64,000 nt of DNA from IMG/VR virus record IMGVR_UViG_3300036399_001951, positions 72,740 through 136,739 of that record; one strand, written 5' to 3'. Positions within the stretch are counted from its first letter, which is position 1. Each line of letters begins with the position of its first letter. The notes below the pieces were generated by a model, which was not told the origin of the DNA, searched no databases, and saw only the letters and a list, made by a program, of their open reading frames with translations. Both the position numbers and the translations under genes were made by a program. The stretch comes from a virus. This document shows positions 39,855 to 48,499 of this stretch, piece after piece.

Positions 39855-40601
39855 GGTGGGGCTCCATACCGGCACATATAGGTAAAAATAGGTAATAAAT
39901 CTAGTAGGTGGAGCCCCACCCGATACCGCTCCAGCACTTATGGTCGACTTCTCACTTCAGACAGTGAGGGCTCAATGGCTCCGATACTACTAGCAAACAG
40001 TGGCTTTACTTCGCAAGGGAGCTTGAAGTCTTAAACCGCTCCTGGAACTTTAAGCCCAGTTTGCCACCTTTGCACGTGGTGGGAAATCTCGCTCCGCATA
40101 GGATTAAAGATTTCTAAATCTGTAAACCTTAGCAAGAAGTGGAAGTTATGGCTCCGCCTGGAGTGTTGACCTGCATACGCTGATATTTAGGATTTCAATT
40201 GGATCCTCGTGGATCTTCTCGCTCCTGCTTTTGCATTCACTTGCTAAGACGGGTAGACGGGAAATCTCGCTCCCGGGACTTCAGTTACCGGTTATGCGGA
40301 TAGCCGGAGCGGTTCTACTTGAAAGCTATGCAAAAGCAGGCGGCTCAGTGGGAAAACTATAGGTTCTCTATGGACTACTAGAGGACTACTTTTTTCGCTC
40401 CGCCTGGAGTGTTGACCTGTACAACTGCTGCCTCTTCAAACTTTAATACTATTGCAGACTACTGTTCCCGCTCCCGTGGTCTTTTAGAACTTTAAGTCCC
40501 GGAGCGGATTTAGTAGAGGACTTAAGTAAAGTCATCGGTACTCTTGAGATTTACTGAGGATATAGAGTCCGGAGCGGGAAAGCCCTCTGGAATTCGGCTC
40601 T
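39855..40601 (+). repeat. non-coding array of GCTCC boxes
   Basis: GCTCC at 39861, 39928, 39978, 40038, 40091, 40151, 40221, 40269, 40397, 40470; GGAGC at 40306, 40501, 40571; 23-bp duplicate at 40151-40173/40397-40419. Confidence 0.8.
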
Positions 40602-40683
40602 TAAATATATTCCATCTAATTAGTAAATCTAATCTTAATAATTATTATATTTACTATATAACAATAACTTAAAACTTAAAGAG

Positions 40684-40824
40684 ATGAGAACGGTATTAAT
40701 TGGTATGGCAGGTATAATAATTACTACTTTTGGAATGTGTTCGCAAATACATGTAATAACAGTAATTGGTTTATTATATATTGGAGCCGCCACCTACTGG
40801 ATAGCTAAAAATACAATTAAATGA
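40684..40824 (+). CDS. small membrane protein (not in the ORF track)
   Basis: 46 aa MRTVLIGMAGIIITTFG... directly after the promoter at 40646. Confidence 0.55.
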   Translation: MRTVLIGMAGIIITTFGMCSQIHVITVIGLLYIGAATYWIAKNTIK

Positions 40825-41114
40825 AAAAGTCTAAATTATTAATTATTATTGCTGGATGGGAGGCCCTAGTTGGGGGCTTCCTAATTAATAAATCTTTTAT
40901 CCTAGCTGGGATACTGGTTTTAGGTATTGCCCTTCAACGGGTCCTAAATGCTGTTGAGCCAGAATACAGTTGGGCAAGCGCAGCTAGCGGACTTGGGATC
41001 CGATTTGGAATACTGGTTTGGTTACCATGGAGCGGGTTGGAATCCTACCTTATGCTGCTTGTACTATTGGAGTCCGCCATTTGGATTCCTCCTCTTTGGA
41101 AACTATTAAAATAA
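40821..41114 (+). CDS. membrane protein
   Basis: 3-4 hydrophobic segments. Confidence 0.55.
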   Translation: MKKSKLLIIIAGWEALVGGFLINKSFILAGILVLGIALQRVLNAVEPEYSWASAASGLGIRFGILVWLPWSGLESYLMLLVLLESAIWIPPLWKLLK

Positions 41115-41132
41115 GAACCAGTATAAGAAGGT

Positions 41133-41348
41133 ATGGCACTAGATGATAACGCAAAACGAGAATTTATTGAAGGTATGGTGGAAGATTTTAAACTTCAATT
41201 GGAAGGTAATAAGATCGATCCTAAAGTATTAGCAGGTCAGGTCAAGTGGGCCTCCGGTCTCTGTAATCGCATTATAACATTGATTCAAAATGGAGAAGTT
41301 ACCTTTAACCTTGACGGAACGGGCACACAAACCAAGAAGGTCAAATAA
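41133..41348 (+). CDS. hypothetical protein
   Basis: 71-aa ORF followed by a terminator at ~41375-41399. Confidence 0.6.
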   Translation: MALDDNAKREFIEGMVEDFKLQLEGNKIDPKVLAGQVKWASGLCNRIITLIQNGEVTFNLDGTGTQTKKVK

Positions 41349-41419
41349 GTTTCCCCCCAACTGTTTGACCGAAAAAAAGCCAGCGAAAGCTGGCTTTTCT
41401 ATTTTATAGATTTTAAGAT

Positions 41420-41881
41420 TTACATCCCCTTAGATCTCCCGCTCGGGTCGATAAATTTTCGGCCAATTCCAGTAAATCTATTATCTTTTTTAGCTTCAAC
41501 TTCAAACGGTCTTGGCTCGTCAGACGTTACATATGTATCGTAGAACGATTCTACATCTTCACCTGTCTGATCATGATACCAATCTAACATACTCATGATA
41601 TCATTTGCTTGTCCTCTAAATGTAACCTCAGGATTACCTCCACCTGGACCATATGGAACAAGACCAATAATTTGCAAATCAAATTGTTCGCAAATTTCAT
41701 GTAACATTTGTAGAAAATCATTAGCTGATTCAGAAGGATCATATCCCAAATCGATGCTAACTTGCTTTAATCCACCTCTGGATCTTTCCGCTCCGGCAGG
41801 ATCTACCATTGAGCGCATATCCTCACCGCCTTCAAATTCTTCGCTTTCACGAATGAACGTAGAAAATTTCTTTACTCTCAT
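41420..41881 (-). CDS. late protein with capsid-targeting-like leader, paralogue of 45337-45675
   Basis: true start MRVKKFSTFIRES at 41881 after ATAAATA; GPGGGNPEVTFRG. Confidence 0.7.
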   Translation of the reverse strand: MRVKKFSTFIRESEEFEGGEDMRSMVDPAGAERSRGGLKQVSIDLGYDPSESANDFLQMLHEICEQFDLQIIGLVPYGPGGGNPEVTFRGQANDIMSMLDWYHDQTGEDVESFYDTYVTSDEPRPFEVEAKKDNRFTGIGRKFIDPSGRSKGM

Positions 41882-42091
41882 TTCTTTTTTAATTTTTATT
41901 TTATTTATTTTTCCATGTCCCAAATTTTGCTTATATTTATAGATTGCAGTGACCTGAAAAATGGACACCCAACTGGAATCTAAAATAACACTCATAACCG
42001 CTCCGCTAAAATTCAGAAAAAAGTTTCCAAATAATTTTTTAGATTCCCAAATTCTTCTTATATTTACTATATAACTTAAAAACAAAAAGAA

Positions 42092-42235
42092 ATGAATTTT
42101 GGAGAAAAGATTTTTTTAGGGGTTTTACAAACAATTTCATGGTGTTTAGGAGCCACAGTAATGATTGCGTTAAGTTACGCATTTTATCAAATTGCAACGG
42201 GTAATATACACGGAACGGCATCATTTGAATTTTAG
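42092..42235 (+). CDS. small single-TM protein (not in the ORF track)
   Basis: 47 aa MNFGEKIFLGVLQTISWCLG... after the promoter at 42059. Confidence 0.55.
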   Translation: MNFGEKIFLGVLQTISWCLGATVMIALSYAFYQIATGNIHGTASFEF

Positions 42236-42470
42236 GTTTTAGTTTATATTTTATTTAAAATTTAGAAAGGGGCTCAAAAGGCCCCTTATTTTTTTAATCC
42301 TATTTTTAATAATAGTTTAGGATATCTAGTTAGGACTCCCACTCCCGGAGCGAGACTGTATCCAAAGGATTCACATAGTGAGAGGCCCGGCTCCGATAAT
42401 TATTATTTACGAAAGGTACCCAATTGAAAAAAAAGTATTATATTTATATAAGAATTTAAAACATATAAAG

Positions 42471-42659
42471 ATGAAGAAAAGAATTTTAGATGGATTAGAT
42501 GCGGGATTATTTATCGGAATGATAGTGTTCGTATTTTCCGGTATCATAATGTATTTTGGTAATCCGATTGGAGATTACTTATTACCTAGAACCGCGATTG
42601 TAGTTGTGTTGATAAGTATTATCCGGGAAGGGTTAACCCTAAAGTCCAGCCGAACTTAG
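42471..42659 (+). CDS. small two-TM protein
   Basis: start MKKRILDG after the promoter at 42439. Confidence 0.6.
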   Translation: MKKRILDGLDAGLFIGMIVFVFSGIIMYFGNPIGDYLLPRTAIVVVLISIIREGLTLKSSRT

Positions 42660-42737
42660 CGGAACTTAACAGATTTTAACAATCAGAGCCAGATCTTAGT
42701 CTGGCTTTTTAGGTATATTAAAATAAATCAAAATAAA

Positions 42738-42920
42738 ATGAACATGAAAAAAGCGTATTTATTAATGGTTCTTTTAGCATTTGCTGGAATGACCTCATGC
42801 GGAGAAGCAAAATCTGATTCTGACACAACTGGCGAAGCTACTATTGAAGCAACTGGGGAGTGTACCTCAGCTGCGGACTCTCTAGAAGTGGCTCCAACTG
42901 AAGAAGCTACCGCAGAATAA
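42738..42920 (+). CDS. small lipoprotein
   Basis: MKKAYLLMVLLAFAGMTS-C lipoprotein signal; acidic T/A/E tail. Confidence 0.65.
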   Translation: MNMKKAYLLMVLLAFAGMTSCGEAKSDSDTTGEATIEATGECTSAADSLEVAPTEEATAE

Positions 42921-43103
42921 GATTTTTCTGCCTCCCAAAAGGGCCCTCAATAGAGGGCTTTTTTTTGGTCTGGGCCCGGGGCGATGGAGGTCCGTAAGAA
43001 ACCGCTCCGTAGTAGGCCCGGAGCGAGGCAAGCCTCTAGCAAGTGGTTCCAGGCCTTGCTATATTATTATCTAAAAGTTAGTATTATATCTAAAAACAAA
43101 CCT

Positions 43104-43340
43104 ATGAGCAAATTAACCCGCCCCTTGCTATTGGAATTATATACAGATTGGACTAAACGTTGGGGCTTGAGCCGCAATAGCGAAGAGATACGGTTCGGAC
43201 AGTGGGTTTGGATCCATTGGAATACTCAGTTAAGGGAACTAAAGGAGCGGTTCAAAGATTCCTCAAGCTTGCTAGATGGATTTTATGCTGAATCCCCAAA
43301 GACCGCATATGACCAGATTTACCGATTATTGGAATACTGA
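43104..43340 (+). CDS. hypothetical protein
   Basis: start MSKLTRP; RFGQW...DGFY motif. Confidence 0.6.
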   Translation: MSKLTRPLLLELYTDWTKRWGLSRNSEEIRFGQWVWIHWNTQLRELKERFKDSSSLLDGFYAESPKTAYDQIYRLLEY

Positions 43341-43452
43341 GCGATGGGATCTTGATCTTCCGGCTCTTAAAGAATGTTGAAAAAAAGTGATAAAAAGTTT
43401 TTCGGATTCCAAAATTCTTATTATATTTATATAAGAATTTAAAACAACAGAA

Positions 43453-43659
43453 ATGAAAAAGAAACTTGTAAATGGAATTGACCTTAAGACCTTAATAAAT
43501 CATCATAGACCGTTGCACGATATGCGAGATGATGTTTTATTACCAATGATGTGGACCTCAGTACGAATGATGGAGGACCCTACAGTTCCAACTGCATTTA
43601 AACATCACGCCGTGGAAATGTATCAGGACGCGGAGCGAGAATTAGCGATACGTAACTAA
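43453..43659 (+). CDS. hypothetical protein
   Basis: follows the promoter at 43422. Confidence 0.6.
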   Translation: MKKKLVNGIDLKTLINHHRPLHDMRDDVLLPMMWTSVRMMEDPTVPTAFKHHAVEMYQDAERELAIRN

Positions 43660-43671
43660 ATAAATTTAAAT

Positions 43672-43872
43672 ATGAATAATAATGAATTAATTCCTGATGA
43701 AGGAAGAGTTTGGAAAACCACTAGTGTAGCTATACAGAGCCGATGGTGGACCAAGGAATCAAGCGCATGGGATCGTGGAGGTAGCTTTAATATGGCATTA
43801 TATCTCAGATTCTGTGAAGCACAAATGAGTAAGGACCATGAAGAGCAAGTTGAGAAAACAAATCGAAAGTGA
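43672..43872 (+). CDS. hypothetical protein
   Basis: 66 aa, RGGSFNMALYLR. Confidence 0.55.
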   Translation: MNNNELIPDEGRVWKTTSVAIQSRWWTKESSAWDRGGSFNMALYLRFCEAQMSKDHEEQVEKTNRK

Positions 43873-43873
43873 C

Positions 43874-44005
43874 ATGAGGGAAGACCGTAAAGCGGCTGGC
43901 TATTTTGACGGCCGCTTTCGGACCCAAGTGCAACCTAATAAGCGCAAAAAGGAGGAACTGAAGCGGACTCGCGGAGCGAAAAAAGACTGGGAAAACGAAA
44001 CTTAG
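43874..44005 (+). CDS. small basic protein (not in the ORF track)
   Basis: 43 aa MREDRKAAGYFDGRFRTQVQPNKRKKEELKRTRGAKKDWENET. Confidence 0.5.
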   Translation: MREDRKAAGYFDGRFRTQVQPNKRKKEELKRTRGAKKDWENET

Positions 44006-44058
44006 GGCAGGTCTTGAAGTATATTAGAAATAAATAATAAAGAAAAAACACTACTAAA

Positions 44059-44385
44059 ATGGAGACACTAGAACCTATATTTAATCCGGGATTAATTGAC
44101 TTTATTAACTCCGTAGATGGTGACCTGGGACGGGACCCAGATAGCTTAGAGCTTTTTCAATGGATTGTTGAAGACCACTATGATGCGATCATGGAGGATA
44201 TGTTAGATTATTTTCAGGACCGACCTGACATGCAAGCTATGCAAGCAGAGACCGCTCTTCTAGAATTAGGAGCGATGTTGAAATACTTTGAAGAGAAGGA
44301 GGAATATGAGAAATGTTCTAAATTGGTAAGTGTCCAAAAGGAAATGAAGACCAGTTTTATAAAGGCTGGCCTTGTAAACCCATGA
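44059..44385 (+). CDS. acidic protein with C-terminal UVR-like EEYEKC motif
   Basis: LKYFEEKEEYEKCSKL; ATAAATA upstream. Confidence 0.65.
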   Translation: METLEPIFNPGLIDFINSVDGDLGRDPDSLELFQWIVEDHYDAIMEDMLDYFQDRPDMQAMQAETALLELGAMLKYFEEKEEYEKCSKLVSVQKEMKTSFIKAGLVNP

Positions 44386-44664
44386 TTCTCAAGATTTATA
44401 GGATATAAAAGACCCGGTTTGCCGGGTTTTTTTATGACCTTTTGCCCGCCATCTTTGACAAGAAGAAGCCGCTTCTCGCTCGGGATCCTATTTGATCTGG
44501 ACATCTCTTGGATTCAGTTAATCCGATCTCGCTCCCGAGCCAAGTGAGATCCAGAATCCAGAAGGCTGAGCAAATCCAGCTTCGCTCCGATAATAATTAT
44601 CCCAAACATAGTATCTAATTGAAGAAAAAGTATTATATTTATATAAGAACTTAAAACAATAAAG

Positions 44665-44883
44665 ATGAAAAACAAAAAAGAATGGGATGGCTTTTGCCAT
44701 CGATGCTCACAGGCCTCAATAGGCTACACTATGAGCTGGTTTAATCAGGAATTGATATGTCCGGATTGCGATAAGAAGGAACATCAACATCCCAAGATTG
44801 AAGAAGCTAAAGGAGCGGATTGGGAAGCTTGCAAGCAAGGTAACTTTAACTTTTCAGGAATCGGTAAACCTCACGACCTATGA
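44665..44883 (+). CDS. small Zn-finger protein
   Basis: CHRC...MSWFN..ICPDC. Confidence 0.7.
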   Translation: MKNKKEWDGFCHRCSQASIGYTMSWFNQELICPDCDKKEHQHPKIEEAKGADWEACKQGNFNFSGIGKPHDL

Positions 44884-45152
44884 TACGCCCAAGATCAGAA
44901 ATGTCCCCGCAAATCGAGATTGATTTGAACGGACCTCAAGGAAATGCATTTTGCCTATTAGGTATGGTGCCTAACTTGTGTAGAAATTATGGAGTAGAAG
45001 TAGAAGGCCTGGACGGGATGCGGGATCTAGGATTCGTTACCGCAAAAAACAGTGCAGAATACATACAGGACCAGATGAAAAGCGGAGATTATGAGAATCT
45101 CTTATCTGTATTCGATTCCTACTTCGGGGAATGGGTAATCCTATATAGATAG
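44880..45152 (+). CDS. conserved phage hypothetical protein
   Basis: IDLNGPQGNAF.LLG...MKSGDYENLL. Confidence 0.7.
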   Translation: MIRPRSEMSPQIEIDLNGPQGNAFCLLGMVPNLCRNYGVEVEGLDGMRDLGFVTAKNSAEYIQDQMKSGDYENLLSVFDSYFGEWVILYR

Positions 45153-45336
45153 GATATTAACTCCGTAGTTGATTGATTTGGAGGGGAACTTGTTTCCCCT
45201 TTTTCTTTTTCCCAAGCTTGGAGCCGCTTGCTAGAGGCTTGCCTCGCTCCGCAAAAATGTTTAAAATAAATTTTCAAAATTGTATTTTATATTTAAAAAA
45301 TGATTATATTTATATTATAACTTAAAAACAAATAAT

Positions 45337-45675
45337 ATGAAAAGAGAAATTGAATTAGTATTTAGCTATGATGCTATGGAAGAAACTTCTAATTTTTTTG
45401 AATTTCTTCAAGAAGTTATTGAAGAATTCAGAGTGGAAATAATTGGATTTTGGCCAATGAGCGCATCTGGATGTTGGCCCGAAATAACATTTAGAGGTGA
45501 AGATGATGATCTCTATAGATTATGCTTAAAATATCATGGTGATGATGAAGAAGTAGCTAGAGATTATTATGATGAATATTCAATAGAGAGTTCATCAAAT
45601 GAAATTAATATTCTTAAAGATGATCGATGGCCATCAAAGAATAAATGGATTGATAAAGATGGCAACTTCATTTAA
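45337..45675 (+). CDS. early acidic protein, paralogue of 41420-41881
   Basis: IIGFWP..ASGCWPEITFRG..KDDRW..KWIDKDG. Confidence 0.7.
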   Translation: MKREIELVFSYDAMEETSNFFEFLQEVIEEFRVEIIGFWPMSASGCWPEITFRGEDDDLYRLCLKYHGDDEEVARDYYDEYSIESSSNEINILKDDRWPSKNKWIDKDGNFI

Positions 45676-45846
45676 AAATTAAAATTTAAAATTAAAGAAA
45701 TGAGCAATGAAAGTTGCTCATTTTTTTTTGATGTTTTGCTAGAGCCGCTTGCTAGGGGATCTCCTCGCTCCGAGATTAATTTATCCGCATTGGTAACGGA
45801 TTCCCAAAAAAGTATTATATTTATATATAACTTAAAACAAAAGATC

Positions 45847-46002
45847 ATGTACAGTTTAGATTGTAATTATTACGAGAAGCAATTTTCCTCCATTGACCAA
45901 CTCATTGATGATGTGATTCAGAGCGGGATGGATCCGAACTATGAGATTACCTACAATGGCAAAGGCATTGGGGACCGGGCCATTGACCTAATCCAATTTT
46001 AG
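45847..46002 (+). CDS. hypothetical protein
   Basis: start MYSLDCNYY after the promoter at 45816. Confidence 0.6.
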   Translation: MYSLDCNYYEKQFSSIDQLIDDVIQSGMDPNYEITYNGKGIGDRAIDLIQF

Positions 46003-46250
46003 AAATTAAAAATTTAAGTGAGGAAACCGGCTAACTGCCGGTTTTTTAGGGTCCGAACTTTCGCAAACCTTGACCTTGGCAGAGAGTGGGCTCTCCCGCT
46101 CGGGAGCGAGTTAAGATCCAGAAATCAGTTGGATTCGGGATCGGCATTCGCTCCGAAAAATGTTTGCAATTTTTTTACCCAAAATGATACCAATTGGGAA
46201 ATATGTATTATATTTATATAAGAATTTAAACCAATTAAAAAACAAAGATT

Positions 46251-46928
46251 ATGAAAAATGTAGTTTTAAGCAGAACGATTACGAACAAAGATTCTAATTG
46301 TGTAGACCGTTACTTCCAGGACATCCAGGAATACGTTCCCCTAAGCGCTGATGAGGAAATCATCATAGCACGTAAAGTTAAAGAGGGTGACCCGAGCGCA
46401 CTGGAGCGATTAGTGAAGCACAATACTAGATTCGTTATTTCGGTAGCAAAGAAGTATCAGGGACGGGGCACACCCTTAAGTGACCTCATCAGCGAAGGTA
46501 ATGTGGGTCTAATTGAAGCAGCAAAAAGATTTGACCCAGAACGAGGACATCGCTTTATCACTTATGCAGTATGGTGGATTAAACAATCTATCTTAGCATC
46601 TATCGATAATGGTATTAAAAACTCTCACACTTCAATTGATGCTACAATTGGTGGCGGAGAGGATGAAGACTGGACAATTGCAAATCAATTGCGTTCAGAT
46701 TCTCCCAGCACTGACCACATCGTTGAGCAAGATTCAATTAAAACTCAAGCCAATCGAATGCTATCACAATTAGCAGAACGTGAAAGAGAGATTATCAAAT
46801 CACTATTTGGAATTGAGTGTAGAGCAATTGGAATTGATGAAGCTGGTAAGAAGTTTGGATTAACTCAACAGCGAATTGGACAAATCAGAGATAATGCTTT
46901 AAAGACCTTACAATCTAAGGTTAAGTAG
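46251..46928 (+). CDS. sigma70-family factor lacking most of region 3
   Basis: DRYFQDI, NTRFVISVAKKY, DLISEGNVGLIEAAKRFDPERG.RFITYAVWWI, ERERE..LFGI..GLTQQRIGQI. Confidence 0.88.
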   Translation: MKNVVLSRTITNKDSNCVDRYFQDIQEYVPLSADEEIIIARKVKEGDPSALERLVKHNTRFVISVAKKYQGRGTPLSDLISEGNVGLIEAAKRFDPERGHRFITYAVWWIKQSILASIDNGIKNSHTSIDATIGGGEDEDWTIANQLRSDSPSTDHIVEQDSIKTQANRMLSQLAEREREIIKSLFGIECRAIGIDEAGKKFGLTQQRIGQIRDNALKTLQSKVK

Positions 46929-47317
46929 AACCAAGCAACTCCGTAGTAAGGCCCTCCTTGTGGGGGCCTTTTTTATTTGCCAGGTCTGGAGCGGTCCTCA
47001 CCCGGACCTCATGCAGGTCATGGGGTAGGAGATCCGCTCCGTAGTGGCCGTGCCCGCCGAGGAGCGGCGTCGTCTTGGATGCTCTCGAAGCGGGGTCGCC
47101 CTGGAAAATGGGCAAAAAAATAATTCTAAGATTTTTATATTTAATAAATTATTATTACTATAGAGCTCGAGAAATTCGGGCTCTTTTTTGCGCCCAAGCT
47201 TGGAGATGTACCTTCGTGAATCTTCCCGCTCTGGAAAAGGAGCGAGAAAAGATCCCTTGGATTTTCAGGTATCTAGAATTATATGTATATTTACTTATAC
47301 TTAATAACTTAAACAAC

Positions 47318-47542
47318 ATGGAAACAACAGTGTTTATTAAAATCTCAGGTCGCAAGGAGCCAGGGTATCCGACAACATCGCATCAGGTAACATTCGATGG
47401 GGACCTTACCGTATTTGAAAACCTAGTAGATGGGATTATAGATCAATTAGGTTATCGTAAAGCAGATGTATACATCGATAATCCTGAGGAATTTAACGAG
47501 GACGAGCAGGAGACCCTAGAAACTATGGGATTCATATTATGA
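47318..47542 (+). CDS. hypothetical protein
   Basis: start METTVF after the promoter at 47286. Confidence 0.6.
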   Translation: METTVFIKISGRKEPGYPTTSHQVTFDGDLTVFENLVDGIIDQLGYRKADVYIDNPEEFNEDEQETLETMGFIL

Positions 47543-47769
47543 ATTGGCTACCGGTATCTGATCGACATCAACAGGGACAAACCTCAATTGGAAATGTCTG
47601 GATACGATTTACCCGGTCAGGAGCGATAGATGCATGGTACACCTGCTTTGGAGAGACACGGAAATGGTGCGCACAGGAAGGGGATACTGTGGAATTAGTA
47701 AGAGAGTTAATAGAAGAAGAATATCAACGGGTTCTGTTCTCCCGTCAGTTAGCTGAGAAAAACAGATAA
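47539..47769 (+). CDS. hypothetical protein
   Basis: ATGA overlap with the upstream gene. Confidence 0.55.
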   Translation: MNWLPVSDRHQQGQTSIGNVWIRFTRSGAIDAWYTCFGETRKWCAQEGDTVELVRELIEEEYQRVLFSRQLAEKNR

Positions 47770-47790
47770 TCTTTGTTTTAAGTTCTGATC

Positions 47791-47822
47791 AAGCCGATTA
47801 CTCCGTAGTCGGCTTTTTCTTT
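47791..47822 (+). terminator. intrinsic terminator containing CTCCGTAG
   Basis: AAGCCGATTA-CTCCG-TAGTCGGCTTTTT; similar hairpins at 49245-49278 and 50406-50437. Confidence 0.8.
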
Positions 47823-47948
47823 GCCCAGTTCCCGGAGCCACTTAACAGGAGCTCGCTTCGCTCCGAGAAAAGCTCAATAATAAATCAGCAGGATTTTTAG
47901 TTGTGGTAAATTTTGATTATATTTACCTATAACTTAAAAGTAGAAATC

Positions 47949-48182
47949 ATGAATGTATTTGAATTTGTATTAAGCGGCAATGAAATGACAATTGCAGTAG
48001 TAGTAGGAGCAGCCAGCCGAGAGCGAGCCCTTGTTCTTCTAAAGGAGAACTATGAAAACTTTGAAGAAGAATATGATTACGATAATGAAGATGCGATAAC
48101 ATCATATCGAGATTCAATTATCAGTAACACTACATGTACTGCTGAATTTGTACGTGAAATCTTTTCAACCGAAGAACTATGA
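47949..48182 (+). CDS. acidic hypothetical protein
   Basis: start MNVFEF after the promoter at 47918. Confidence 0.6.
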   Translation: MNVFEFVLSGNEMTIAVVVGAASRERALVLLKENYENFEEEYDYDNEDAITSYRDSIISNTTCTAEFVREIFSTEEL

Positions 48183-48499
48183 GAGCCTATCATGCAACCC
48201 AGGCTAGTAATATACCTAGCATCCTAGAGGAAGGATTAAAATCTATGTGGGAAGGAGTATATCTAACTGATTCAGAAGAGAGCGCATGCCGATGGATGGG
48301 ATTCAGATTGGCTGCAGTAGGGGAACCAGTAATGGCCGTGATAGAGGTCGAGGTTAATGAATACGATACAGTTGAAGGTATGGACCATTCCCCTCTAATG
48401 GAACAGATATTCGGAGTGGGAAAGAGTATCCTACATCCAAAGAGTATAAAACCTGAAAAAATTATAAACGTTAATTACTATCGATTAAATCAAAAGTAA
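48179..48499 (+). CDS. ADP-ribosyltransferase-fold protein (Tpt1/KptA-like)
   Basis: YHAT...I..EGL, GVYLT, AVIEV, I.PEKI. Confidence 0.6.
   Translation: MRAYHATQASNIPSILEEGLKSMWEGVYLTDSEESACRWMGFRLAAVGEPVMAVIEVEVNEYDTVEGMDHSPLMEQIFGVGKSILHPKSIKPEKIINVNYYRLNQK

Noticed and set aside
39740-39937. 65-aa minus-strand ORF in the non-coding block
   Set aside because: No leader or promoter, atypical composition, overlaps inverted repeats.
39855-40601. CRISPR or TIGR-type guide array
   Set aside because: The conserved unit is only 5-7 bp, the period varies from 48 to 74 bp, and no cas or Nop-domain gene is recognisable in the window. Kept as a binding-site array instead.
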